The notes beneath the pieces are model-generated. The model was not told where the DNA came from, ran no database searches, and worked only from the letters and a program-made list of their open reading frames with translations. A program made the translations under genes and the position numbers. This document shows positions 38,280-47,415 of a DNA stretch of 64,000 bases, one piece after another. The DNA lies in IMG/VR virus record IMGVR_UViG_3300045988_154481, one strand, 5' to 3'. The DNA comes from a virus. Position 1 is the stretch's first letter. Each line of letters begins with the position of its first letter.

Positions 38280-39049
38280 TGAAAGAAGTATATGAAGGAA
38301 TAGTTTCCTTTCTTAAGAATTATCAAGAACGTACCCATGTGAAAGGGTATGTTCTTGGTATTTCTGGAGGAAAGGATTCTACTGTAGTGGCCAAATTATT
38401 GGTAGATTCTATAGGTAAGGAAAATGTATTAGGTGTGCTAATGCCTAATGGTAAGCAAGCTGATATTGAGGATAGTTATACAGTATGTGACTTTCTTGGT
38501 ATTAACTATACTGTTGTTAATATAGAGAATGCATTTGATGAACTTATTCATCAAATTGATGTTTCGAAAATAACTACAGTGGAAGGGAATGAAGAAAACA
38601 TTCCAGTAACGAAAAAGGCTCTTACTAATGTTCCTCCTCGTATTCGTATGACTATTCTATATACTATAGCTCAGTCTGTAGGATATCGAGTAGCGGGGAC
38701 TAGTAATGCTTCAGAATTATTTATTGGTTGGGGAACTAAATGGGGAGATTTGGCATCTGATATTAATCCTATTTCTCAATTAACATGTTCTGAAGTTATT
38801 TCTTTAGGAGACTATATGGGGCTCCCATATGATCTTATACATAAGACTCCTGCAGATGGATTAACAGGAAAGTCTGATGAAGAAAATTTTGGTTTTACAT
38901 ACAAAGAGCTTGATACTCTTATTGTAAAGCAGCGAAATCTTACTTGCACAGGTAGAATACAATGTGCTTTTACTGAACAAGAATTAAAAATCTTAAAATT
39001 ACATGAAGCTGCGTATCACAAAGATCATGTAATTAAAATACATTATTAA
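38261..39049 (+). CDS. nadE: NAD+ synthetase (NadE family).
   Basis: PP-loop GISGGKDSTVVAKLL and the NadE-like C-terminal half. Confidence 0.8.
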   Translation: MEREILMKEVYEGIVSFLKNYQERTHVKGYVLGISGGKDSTVVAKLLVDSIGKENVLGVLMPNGKQADIEDSYTVCDFLGINYTVVNIENAFDELIHQIDVSKITTVEGNEENIPVTKKALTNVPPRIRMTILYTIAQSVGYRVAGTSNASELFIGWGTKWGDLASDINPISQLTCSEVISLGDYMGLPYDLIHKTPADGLTGKSDEENFGFTYKELDTLIVKQRNLTCTGRIQCAFTEQELKILKLHEAAYHKDHVIKIHY

Positions 39050-39050
39050 T

Positions 39051-39941
39051 ATGGGAAGCGGATCATGGAGTTCTAGCACATATAAAGCTTTTGCTGATAG
39101 CTATACTAAAAAATCCAGAGAAGAAATCTTTCATCAAAGATCTCTACACGAAGAAATGGATCTTACAAAAAGTAAGACACATATTCGAGAATCTAGAGAT
39201 TCTGAGGAACACCCAGAATCTCTTCCAGTTTTCATTGCATTAGATGAAACTGGTTCAATGGGTTCAATTCCTGATAAGATGATCAGGGATTATCTTCCGA
39301 AGTTAATGGATTCTATTATTGATTCTATTGGAGTTAAACACCCTCAAATTCTTTTTATGGGAGTGGGAGATCATGAATGTGATTACTACCCGTGTCAGGT
39401 AGGTCAATTCGAATCTTCAACTGTTGCAATTAATCAGTGTCTCTCTAAAATTTATTTGGAGGGTCGTGGTGGAGGTAATAGTGGAGAATCCTACTTACTT
39501 CCTTGGATTATTGCAGGAAATCATACGTCAATTGATAGTTGGGAAAAGCGAAAGCAAAAAGGATTCCTTTTTACAGTTGGTGATGAACCTACTTTGACAA
39601 GAATAAGTAGGGGAACTTTGGCATCCCTCACTGGAATGGAGTATGAGCGTGATTATACCTGGCAGGAGGCTTATGAACTTGCCTGTGAGAAATATCATGT
39701 GTTTCATATCCATGTTCGACATGGAAGTGAACATTATGATGAGGTAGTAGCTAAACAAATGAAAGAAACTCTTAGAGAAAACTTTATTGTGTGCAAACCT
39801 GATGAAGTTGTAGAAGCCATTTGTGAAGCTATGGGTAAAACTCTAAAAGGTAGCTCTTCAGTAATTGAAGAGGTTTCTGCAGAAAAAACTGTAGAAAATA
39901 CAGAATCAAAACCTAATATATTTGACATACATCGACGATAA
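39051..39941 (+). CDS. vWA-domain protein.
   Basis: The MIDAS-like motif VFIALDETGSMGS. Confidence 0.45.
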   Translation: MGSGSWSSSTYKAFADSYTKKSREEIFHQRSLHEEMDLTKSKTHIRESRDSEEHPESLPVFIALDETGSMGSIPDKMIRDYLPKLMDSIIDSIGVKHPQILFMGVGDHECDYYPCQVGQFESSTVAINQCLSKIYLEGRGGGNSGESYLLPWIIAGNHTSIDSWEKRKQKGFLFTVGDEPTLTRISRGTLASLTGMEYERDYTWQEAYELACEKYHVFHIHVRHGSEHYDEVVAKQMKETLRENFIVCKPDEVVEAICEAMGKTLKGSSSVIEEVSAEKTVENTESKPNIFDIHRR

Positions 39942-41035
39942 TGTATAATATTGTAGTGGGTTGTACGTTTGGCGACGAGGGCAAGGGTCAAGTGACTCAT
40001 GCCCTTTGTTGCGACGCTAAAAGAAAGCGTTTAAAACCTCTGGTTGTTAGATTTTCTGGAGGGCATCAAGCAGGGCATACAGTAACTACTTCATCTGGAA
40101 CAATGCATATATTTTCTTGCTTTGGATCTGGAACATTTGCTGAAGCACCTACCTATTGGATGAAGCAATGTGTTATGGATCCACTACAATGGATGCGGGA
40201 ACGAGAGGAGTTGGATTTCTTAGGATGTAATATCCCTATCCAATATTTTGATCCATATGTACAAGTAACAACTCCTTTTGACGTAATGCTGAATTCTGAA
40301 AGGAGTAAAGGTTTTACAGTAGGAAAAGGGATATGGGAGACTGTTCAGAGACAAAGAGAAGGACTAGCTTTATATGTAAAAGATTTAGCTTTTCCTCAAG
40401 TTGTAAAAATGAAGCTCCGATTAATTAGAGAATGGGCGGAAGATAGACTCCAGTTTAAGGAAACTTATTCAAGATTTACTCATGTTTTCGATAACTTAGA
40501 TTCTTTAGTACATACTTATTGTAAGATTTTTTATCCCAATATAGTATTGGAGGATACGTTATCTAAATTAGCATGGAAAGAAAAGACTTCTGTGATATTT
40601 GAGGGTTCTCAAGGAGTACTTTTGGACCCTAATATTGGATTTTCATATGAATATACCACCCCACTTCCATGTTGTCCATCATGGAACAATCTCCCATTCT
40701 TTTTAAGTGATGATCAACTAATATTTAATTTTGTATATAGATCTTATTTAACAAGACATGGTAAAGGGCCTGTTGGAGGTTCTATATTCAAGGAGATTAA
40801 TAATCCTTATGAAACAAATTTAAATAACCCTTTTCAAGGGGAATTTCAAACTTATGAATTCAATAAGGAATTAGTCTTGTATGGAATTGATCATGTTAAA
40901 TCACACTTTAATCCTGAATATAAGGTAAGGTTGATTGAAACATGTTGTGACATATGTGCAGGACATGACTTAGGAATCCCTTATAATTACTCTATCAAAA
41001 CCTGCAAAAAGAATTTTGACTCTGTATGCAAATAA
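39941..41035 (+). CDS. purA: Adenylosuccinate synthetase.
   Basis: GDEGKGQV...VVRFSGGHQAGHTV is the PurA N-terminal signature. Confidence 0.85.
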   Translation: MYNIVVGCTFGDEGKGQVTHALCCDAKRKRLKPLVVRFSGGHQAGHTVTTSSGTMHIFSCFGSGTFAEAPTYWMKQCVMDPLQWMREREELDFLGCNIPIQYFDPYVQVTTPFDVMLNSERSKGFTVGKGIWETVQRQREGLALYVKDLAFPQVVKMKLRLIREWAEDRLQFKETYSRFTHVFDNLDSLVHTYCKIFYPNIVLEDTLSKLAWKEKTSVIFEGSQGVLLDPNIGFSYEYTTPLPCCPSWNNLPFFLSDDQLIFNFVYRSYLTRHGKGPVGGSIFKEINNPYETNLNNPFQGEFQTYEFNKELVLYGIDHVKSHFNPEYKVRLIETCCDICAGHDLGIPYNYSIKTCKKNFDSVCK

Positions 41036-41832
41036 TTAACTTTTTATACCCAGAAAAGTCAGAAATAAAGTATCGAATTGATACTTATCCTGATTCCCAA
41101 TCCCATCTTGTACTTGAGTCTGAAATGGATAGACGAAAGTCCCTGCTGATCTATACTAGATTATCCAATTTGAATGATATTTGGATTCTAATGCAATTAG
41201 CGGATATTTGTCATCGTCAAGGTATCCAGATTTCCTATCTACAAATAGCTTATTTGTTTGCAGCGCGAACTGATAGATTATTTTCTTTTAATGAGGCATT
41301 AGATTTGGAGCTTGTTAAAAAATGTCTTATCTTTGTACAAGCACAGCAAATTCTAGTACTGGATCCTCATTCTAAGCGTTTGATTACAGAAGGGGTAATT
41401 GATAATGACTGGCCTGCATTCTTTGCTTTAGAACCAGGTTCTAATATTCCAGAGAATGTTTTATTCCCTGACGAAGGTGCCTATCATCGTTACAGTGGGC
41501 TTTTTGACTTTGATACGACATACTATGCTACAAAGTATAGGATTTCAAGAGATAAGTTAGAGGTAAAATTACCTTCTAGAATAAAGCCAAATACTTCTAT
41601 TCTAGTTTTTGATGACTTATGTGATGGTGGAGGAACTTTCTTTGCAATTTATAAAGCATTACAAGACATGGGAGTAACTGATGTGCATTTACGTGTCACA
41701 CATGCTATCCAAAAAGAACCTTTAGTAAAGTTGTCAGAACTTTACAAAACAATAACAATTACCAATTCTTATAAGGATTGGGATAAAGAAGAACTTCCAA
41801 ACAATATAAAAGTAATAAAAGTTTATGAATAA
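41026..41832 (+). CDS. PRPP-synthetase-like phosphoribosyltransferase (Prs, or the Prs-like ADPR-PP synthetase Adps).
   Basis: Type-I PRTase motif ILVFDDLCDGGGTF. 268 aa. Confidence 0.55.
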   Translation: MQIINFLYPEKSEIKYRIDTYPDSQSHLVLESEMDRRKSLLIYTRLSNLNDIWILMQLADICHRQGIQISYLQIAYLFAARTDRLFSFNEALDLELVKKCLIFVQAQQILVLDPHSKRLITEGVIDNDWPAFFALEPGSNIPENVLFPDEGAYHRYSGLFDFDTTYYATKYRISRDKLEVKLPSRIKPNTSILVFDDLCDGGGTFFAIYKALQDMGVTDVHLRVTHAIQKEPLVKLSELYKTITITNSYKDWDKEELPNNIKVIKVYE

Positions 41833-42175
41833 ATTTAATGAAATTCTGAGTGCTACTGGAACTGCAGTACTCAAGAAACGTGCTGAAATCATCAATGCTG
41901 ATGCCCGCGAAGCAGCTAAGGATCAGGTTAATCTCATTGAGAAAGAGATTCGTCAGATTAAGTCCAAGATTATGAATCTGGAGGATCTGTCGATTAAATC
42001 GACCGAATCACTGGTTGTAGGTACAGACTTTAAGGCAGATGAGTGGGTAACTCAGATGTTCAAGCTTCGTGATGACCTGCGCAACGCTGAAATCTGTCTG
42101 GAAATTGCTCAGAATATTTATAATGAGTATTTCACAGAACTTCCTGAAGTAAGCTGCGATAAGAAAGCAGAGTAA
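41825..42175 (+). CDS. Hypothetical coiled-coil protein.
   Basis: 116-aa ORF. Confidence 0.45.
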   Translation: MNKFNEILSATGTAVLKKRAEIINADAREAAKDQVNLIEKEIRQIKSKIMNLEDLSIKSTESLVVGTDFKADEWVTQMFKLRDDLRNAEICLEIAQNIYNEYFTELPEVSCDKKAE

Positions 42176-42181
42176 CTTCAT

Positions 42182-42204
42182 AGGCGGATTTACTCCGCCT
42201 TTTA
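42182..42204 (+). terminator. Rho-independent terminator aggcgga-tttact-ccgcct then TTTTAA.
   Basis: 6 to 7-bp GC stem with a T-run, immediately before the tRNA. Confidence 0.55.
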
Positions 42205-42205
42205 A

Positions 42206-42279
42206 GGGCCTTTAGCTCAATTGAATAGAGCATCTGACTACGAATTAGAAGGTTACAGGTTTGAGTCCTGTAGGGCCCA
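42206..42279 (+). tRNA. tRNA-Arg(ACG)
   Basis: Acceptor gggcctt/agggccc; D-stem gctc/gagc; anticodon stem tctga/ttaga with loop ctACGaa; T-arm acagg-tttgagt-cctgt. Confidence 0.7.
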
Positions 42280-42475
42280 CATATGAAAACTGTTTTATAT
42301 AGAATACAATCAATTGAAGCCCCAGAAAATGAAGGGTTTCGGTATGGCTCATTAAGAACACTATCTAAGACAAAGGTAGATGAAGAAATGTGCTTAAGGA
42401 ATGAGTTTGGAAGTCATTATCTAATTAATGTTCCAGATTATTGAATTTGTGAGATTTTAAAAGAAATAGAAGAAG

Positions 42476-43537
42476 ATGATGTATAGTTTAGATGAAATAG
42501 GTATTTTACCTAGTTCAAAAGCCACGGATATTACAAGTCGTAGTGAGTGTAGTCCTTTAGGAGACTTAGGAACATATCCTATTTTCGTTTCTCCTATGAC
42601 ATCCGTTATTGATGAATCAAATTATCAACTTTTTACAAAGGCTGATGTTCTTCCAATCATTCCAAGACGTGTAGATAATTTACAGTTTAGACTTAATGCG
42701 TGTAACCATGTTTGGTGTGCCTTTAGTTTAAAGGAATTTGAAATGTACTTTTGTGAAGGAGAAGTCTCTGATGAATGTCCTTTAGTACTTATTGATCTGG
42801 CTAATGGTCATATGAAGAAAATTTATGATTTAGTTAAAAAAGCTAAAGAAAGATGGAGTACTATTATCATAATGGTTGGAAATATCGCACACCCAGATAT
42901 TTATTGGGAATGTTGTGACGCAGGAGTAGATTATGTTCGTGTAGGTATTGGAACAGGTAGTGTATGTACTACAGGTGTAAAAACTGGAATACATGCTTCG
43001 ATGGAATGGTTACTACGAAAGTTATCCACCTGTAAGACACTAATTAATGCTTCTCCTAAACCTATGAAAGCTCCTAAAATTATTGCAGATGGAGGCATTT
43101 CTACAATAGATAGAGCTATAAAGTGTTTAGCTTTAGGTGCTGATTATGTTATGATGGGCAAAATGTTTGCACAATGTGAGGAGGCTTGCGGGCAAACTCG
43201 GACAAAAGGACTAGATGATAATCCTGAGACGCTTAGATATTTTATGTCTCTAACTAAAGCAGACAGAGAACGAGTTATTGGACTGTACCCCAAAGAAAGA
43301 CTATACTACGGAATGGCAAGTGAACGTGGTCAAAAGGATATTTCAAACACTAAAAAGGCCGAAGAAGGAATTGAAATTTGGGTTCCTGTTGAATATACTC
43401 TTGAATCTTTACTTTCTCAATTTGATTCTGCATTAAGGTCTGCTATGTCTTATACAGGATGTAGGACTCTTGAAGAATTCAAAAATGTAAAATGGGAGTA
43501 TATGTCTCCCTCTGAAAGAAATGCTTATTACAAATAA
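42476..43537 (+). CDS. GMP reductase or IMPDH-family TIM-barrel enzyme (GuaC-like).
   Basis: VGIGTGSVCTTGV matches the IMPDH/GuaC active-site loop. 353 aa with no CBS insert. Confidence 0.7.
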   Translation: MMYSLDEIGILPSSKATDITSRSECSPLGDLGTYPIFVSPMTSVIDESNYQLFTKADVLPIIPRRVDNLQFRLNACNHVWCAFSLKEFEMYFCEGEVSDECPLVLIDLANGHMKKIYDLVKKAKERWSTIIIMVGNIAHPDIYWECCDAGVDYVRVGIGTGSVCTTGVKTGIHASMEWLLRKLSTCKTLINASPKPMKAPKIIADGGISTIDRAIKCLALGADYVMMGKMFAQCEEACGQTRTKGLDDNPETLRYFMSLTKADRERVIGLYPKERLYYGMASERGQKDISNTKKAEEGIEIWVPVEYTLESLLSQFDSALRSAMSYTGCRTLEEFKNVKWEYMSPSERNAYYK

Positions 43538-43725
43538 AATGAATAATCTTGATTTATACACAGTAATAGTTTTTGGAATCTTTGTTTTATGTTTATTATT
43601 AGGACTTGGATTTGCATTAACTATGTAGTCTGCTCCTTGGGGAATATTCTACTTCGGAGGAATGATCGTGCTTACTATTTATTATCTTAATATATTAAAA
43701 GATAGGATAGAGTAATTAAAGGTTT

Positions 43726-43810
43726 GCGGAGGTGACCAGAATGGATAATGGACCAGTCTTCTAAACTGGCGGCTGAATAGCCATTGTGGGTTCGAGTCCC
43801 ACCCTCCGTA
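43726..43810 (+). tRNA. Class-II-length tRNA (85 nt) with anticodon UCU (loop ctTCTaa) and a long variable arm. The amino-acid identity is ambiguous.
   Basis: Acceptor gcggagg/cctccgt; anticodon stem ccagt/actgg; variable arm cggct-gaat-agccatt; T-arm gtggg-ttcgagt-cccac. Confidence 0.5.
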
Positions 43811-43826
43811 CTAATAACATTATAAT

Positions 43827-44201
43827 ATGGCATGGATATATAGAGATAAAAATGGAGACTTAATGTTCTCCAAAATAAAACCTAAAAAAGTTTATATTTT
43901 CAGATTTAAAAATTATGAAATTCATAAAGAATCAGAAAGTACATGGTCTCCGTTTCTGGACTACAACTATATTATAACAGTTGGGATACCTGAAAGTTAT
44001 TTTGAATCTCCTGGTTATTATGAAGTGAATGATTATGGAGATGATAATGTTCTCAGAAAGGTTTATAAAAATGAATGTGTTTTTGAAGGAGATTATTCTA
44101 TGGGTTTTCCTGTAACATTTAAACCTGAAACAATTGCTACTTTAAAATCTATTGTTGATTTAGAGAATCTTACTATTGAGGATGGATTAATTGAAATATA
44201 A
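43827..44201 (+). CDS. Hypothetical protein.
   Basis: 124-aa ORF. Confidence 0.4.
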   Translation: MAWIYRDKNGDLMFSKIKPKKVYIFRFKNYEIHKESESTWSPFLDYNYIITVGIPESYFESPGYYEVNDYGDDNVLRKVYKNECVFEGDYSMGFPVTFKPETIATLKSIVDLENLTIEDGLIEI

Positions 44202-44464
44202 TGGAGAAAATCAAAATTAACAATAACATTGAAGAAGATCATGTTCCTTTATATAATCCTGAAGGTAAGTTAGTTGGAATTATAGAAAATGAACTAGCTT
44301 TTAATGATGTTCGTATTCAAATCATGGAAAACAAACTAAGAGGGTACTATATTGTATATAAAGGTCAGGTATGTCGAATAGATATTCATGGAGAATTAGA
44401 TATTTGGCCTAATGACTTATATAGGACAAATGTAGACCAACTATCAAAATTATTATGCTTTTAG
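44201..44464 (+). CDS. Hypothetical protein.
   Basis: 87-aa ORF. Confidence 0.4.
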   Translation: MEKIKINNNIEEDHVPLYNPEGKLVGIIENELAFNDVRIQIMENKLRGYYIVYKGQVCRIDIHGELDIWPNDLYRTNVDQLSKLLCF

Positions 44465-44465
44465 T

Positions 44466-44654
44466 ATGAAACAAATAAAAACATACTGTCCAAATTGTGG
44501 TAGGGAAACTATTCATGTTATTTATACAGAAGATGGATATGGGGCTTCTGGTGTAGCAAGAATTTTTTCTACCTTAATTTCTCTTGGAACGTCTAATTTA
44601 GCTTGCACTACATACAGTAAGTGTATTAGTTGTGGAAAGACTAAAGAATTATAA
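44466..44654 (+). CDS. Zinc-ribbon small protein.
   Basis: CPNCG...CISCG. Confidence 0.35.
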   Translation: MKQIKTYCPNCGRETIHVIYTEDGYGASGVARIFSTLISLGTSNLACTTYSKCISCGKTKEL

Positions 44655-44919
44655 AATGATTAATGACCAAATTAAAAAGTTAGCTAATAAAAAGATTCCA
44701 TTATATAATAACTCTTCTAGTTTATATGATATTTTGGATTGGCTGCGGGAGAAAAAATTCCTACATGTAGAGATACAATGGTATCCTCATGGTTGGATGT
44801 TTGTTATTTATAAAATTGATTCTCAAGAGGATGAACCATATGATACTTCCTCTGAAGTATATACTAGTTATCTAGATTGTTTAGAGGCTGGAATTATAAG
44901 AGCATTAAATATTATATAA
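44632..44919 (+). CDS. Hypothetical protein (tandem paralogue A).
   Basis: Shares LHVEI.W.P.G....IY.I.S...EP...SSE.Y..Y..CL.A.I..A.N with 44877..45137. Confidence 0.45.
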   Translation: MERLKNYKMINDQIKKLANKKIPLYNNSSSLYDILDWLREKKFLHVEIQWYPHGWMFVIYKIDSQEDEPYDTSSEVYTSYLDCLEAGIIRALNII

Positions 44920-45137
44920 TTATGAAAAATACAGGTTTACATGATATTCTGGATGAACTAAGAGATAAAGAGTCTTTACATGTAGAAATCGGATGGCATC
45001 CTAATGGATATGCATACGCTATTTATAGAATTAATAGTCGAGATACAGAGCCATGTTATGCTTCTTCTGAAAGATACGATAATTATCGGGAATGCTTAGG
45101 AGCGGCAATTGTAAAAGCAATGAACTTAGTGGATTAA
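44877..45137 (+). CDS. Hypothetical protein (tandem paralogue B).
   Basis: See 44632..44919. A third member lies at 20902..21261. Confidence 0.45.
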   Translation: MFRGWNYKSIKYYIIMKNTGLHDILDELRDKESLHVEIGWHPNGYAYAIYRINSRDTEPCYASSERYDNYRECLGAAIVKAMNLVD

Positions 45138-45142
45138 TAAAA

Positions 45143-45574
45143 ATGAAAACACTTCTTTGGGTAGATGATGCTCGTAATCCAATGGAAGATGATTGGATGA
45201 ATTTTAGTCCAATTGGTAGAAATTGTAAAGTAATATGGGCTCAATCTTACCAAGAAGCAATTGATTTTCTTGAGAAAGAATGGCCTGATGCAATTTGTCT
45301 AGATCATGATTTAGGGGAAGAGAAATCTGGATATGATATAGCTAAGTATATTGTGGATCGGTGTATTGATGAGGGTAAAAAACTTCCTGAGTTTGCTAGT
45401 CAGTCTGCTAATCCTGTTGGAAGGGAAAATATTATTACATTATTGAGCAATTATAAGAGACATGAACTTCTAGATCATATTCAAAAAGTTATTGATTATA
45501 AACATGATTGGCGGAAAGCAGTACAAGAAGGAAAAAGTTTGCCAAAATGGAATGGAAAAATTAAAGTCAATTAA
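45143..45574 (+). CDS. CheY-like receiver-domain-like protein.
   Basis: MKTLLWVDDARNP...DAICLDHDLGEEKSGYDIAKYI fits a receiver fold. Confidence 0.35.
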   Translation: MKTLLWVDDARNPMEDDWMNFSPIGRNCKVIWAQSYQEAIDFLEKEWPDAICLDHDLGEEKSGYDIAKYIVDRCIDEGKKLPEFASQSANPVGRENIITLLSNYKRHELLDHIQKVIDYKHDWRKAVQEGKSLPKWNGKIKVN

Positions 45575-45577
45575 TTT

Positions 45578-45790
45578 ATGACACAGTATATTTATATACA
45601 TACAAACAAATTTTCTAGGTGGTTCCTTTTAAGATATCTTAAAAAGAAAGGTTATACTTTTAGAAATAACATGACTCAGGAGCATATTTTTATTCATCCT
45701 TATGGCAGATATGCTTTTTGCATGTGTGAGAAAATCATAGCTTATGAGGAAGTATGGGCTTGGGTTGTTTTTAACAGTATATTTAAATAA
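45578..45790 (+). CDS. Hypothetical small protein.
   Basis: 70-aa ORF. Confidence 0.3.
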   Translation: MTQYIYIHTNKFSRWFLLRYLKKKGYTFRNNMTQEHIFIHPYGRYAFCMCEKIIAYEEVWAWVVFNSIFK

Positions 45791-45919
45791 TTTTAACAAT
45801 GCTTTACTGTAATATATGTGGATCTCCTTTACGATATATAGGAGAAACTAAGGATGCTAATGGAAATGTTATAAGCATCTATTCGTGTCCAAAATGTAAC
45901 AAGCTAGTTTATATTTAGT

Positions 45920-46300
45920 ATGTTCTTTCTTAATTTAGCTGTATTAATTTTTTGTGGAGCAGTTCTTGGATATGAAAGACAAAAAACTAACAAGGTAATT
46001 GGAATTCGTTCCGTTGTTCTACTGATATTAGGATCTTTTATATTTACATATATCTCTACAAGAATAGGTGGAGACCCTTCTAGAGTAGCTGCCCAGATAG
46101 CTTCTGGAGTTGGCTTTATTGGTGCTGGAATCATTTGGAAGGACAAATCCACTAATATAGCTAACTTAACAACAGCAATTCTCATTTGGGTTATTGCAGC
46201 TCTAGGAAGTATGATTTCTATTGGATTACTTGCTGAAGCAATAGTAATAACAGGAATAATTTACATTGTCCTTAGATTTAATTTTTTAAAGGACGTCTAA
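45920..46300 (+). CDS. mgtC: MgtC/SapB family membrane protein.
   Basis: LGYERQ motif plus 4 transmembrane helices. Confidence 0.7.
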   Translation: MFFLNLAVLIFCGAVLGYERQKTNKVIGIRSVVLLILGSFIFTYISTRIGGDPSRVAAQIASGVGFIGAGIIWKDKSTNIANLTTAILIWVIAALGSMISIGLLAEAIVITGIIYIVLRFNFLKDV

Positions 46301-46306
46301 AGGTTT

Positions 46307-46391
46307 GGAGAGTAATCCTTGATGGTGATAGGGCTTGCCTGCTAAGCAATGTGTGCCTTTCTGGCATGTGGTTCGATTCCACTGCTCTCCG
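46307..46391 (+). tRNA. tRNA-Ser(GCU)
   Basis: Acceptor ggagagt/gctctcc; anticodon loop ctGCTaa; long variable arm; T-arm tgtgg-ttcgatt-ccact. Confidence 0.6.
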
Positions 46392-46415
46392 CAAATAAAT
46401 TAATATTAAAAGGAT

Positions 46416-46610
46416 ATGGAATTTAAAGTAATCAGAATCACTTTTGATAACGGAACAGAACAGGTTTTTAATTTTCAACATGTAAGAGATTTCAGTTATA
46501 ATGAAAAAAATAAATCTGCAACTATAACTATAAAAGGAAACGGACCAAATTGGGATACTCAGATATTTACTAATAATATTACTGAAATATATGTTTCGAA
46601 TCTAGAGTAA
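46416..46610 (+). CDS. Hypothetical small protein.
   Basis: 64-aa ORF between two tRNAs. Confidence 0.35.
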   Translation: MEFKVIRITFDNGTEQVFNFQHVRDFSYNEKNKSATITIKGNGPNWDTQIFTNNITEIYVSNLE

Positions 46611-46618
46611 TTAAGAAT

Positions 46619-46701
46619 GCCTCTGTGGTGGAATTGGTAGACACGTGTGCCTTAGGAGCACATGGACCTAGTCCATGCAGGTTCGAGTCCTGTCAGGGGT
46701 A
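46619..46701 (+). tRNA. tRNA-Leu(UAG)
   Basis: Acceptor gcctctg/caggggt; D-stem gtg/cac; anticodon stem tgtgc/gcaca with loop ctTAGga; variable hairpin tggacctagtcca; T-arm gcagg-ttcgagt-cctgt. Confidence 0.65.
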
Positions 46702-46728
46702 CTTAATAATATTTAAAACTAATATAAA

Positions 46729-47298
46729 ATGAATATTGAAAATTTTTCAACGGCAAATCTTCCTGGTCTAGCAGACCTAGGAGATACTAAAAATTGAGCG
46801 AGTATTAAAGGGATTAAAGGATCTGTAGGTCCTGTGGGATGTTCAGCAACAGGTGTAGGTAGTGGAAATCTTACTTCTACTACCTCAAATTCATACATCC
46901 CTCCAACTACTTATACTAATGGCCTCATTATAGGCTCTAGTAATCCGTATGCATATGGACCAATTAAAACAGAAAGACTTCCTATGAGTGAAGAACTTTA
47001 TTTATATATAACTGGAGGTAAATCCTGTATTTCTACAGCACCTCCTACTTGGAATAGTCAGGAGAACTGTCTTTGGCATGCAAAAGGTTCCCGAGTACTT
47101 TCTATAGAAGGTGATTATGGACTATCTCGTCTTATAAAATCTTATATTGGTTCTGAACTAGATGTAATTTACACATATCTTACTATAAATGGATTTAATG
47201 TTTATGCTACTATTTTAGGACCTTCTGGAGAACTATTTGTAGAAAAGGCACCTATTAAAGGTAAAGAGAATCTAATTCATAGGAGTCGAAAGAAATAA
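46729..47298 (+). CDS. Hypothetical Gly/Ser/Thr-rich protein (one TGA).
   Basis: Manual translation from the ATG at 46729 reads through ...DTKN-W-ASIKG... into ORF 46834..47298. Confidence 0.45.
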
Positions 47299-47309
47299 TA
47301 GAAAGGATT

Positions 47310-47399
47310 GCGCCTGACCCGAGGCGGGGGGGAGGTCTTCAAAACCTCTATGCTGTTGGTCCATCTTCAGCCCTGTGGGATCGTTACCTACCAGGCGTG
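47310..47399 (+). tRNA. Opal suppressor tRNA (anticodon UCA), 90 nt, with a 26-nt variable arm, a non-canonical T-loop (atcgtta) and G73.
   Basis: Acceptor gcgcctg (47310-16) pairs with caggcgt (47392-98). Anticodon stem gaggt/acctc (47332-36 and 47344-48) with loop cTTCAaa; the anticodon TCA is at 47339-41. T-arm gtggg-atcgtta-cctac. Variable-arm helix gctg...cagc. Confidence 0.6.
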
Positions 47400-47415
47400 C
47401 AAATAAGAAGTAAAT

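Noticed and set aside
47310-47399. Reading the UCA tRNA as selenocysteine tRNA.
   Set aside because: Dozens of in-frame TGAs sit at Trp-conserved positions. There are no SECIS-like hairpins after them and no selA/selB/selD in the window. The acceptor and D-stem geometry is not the bacterial 8/5 Sec form.
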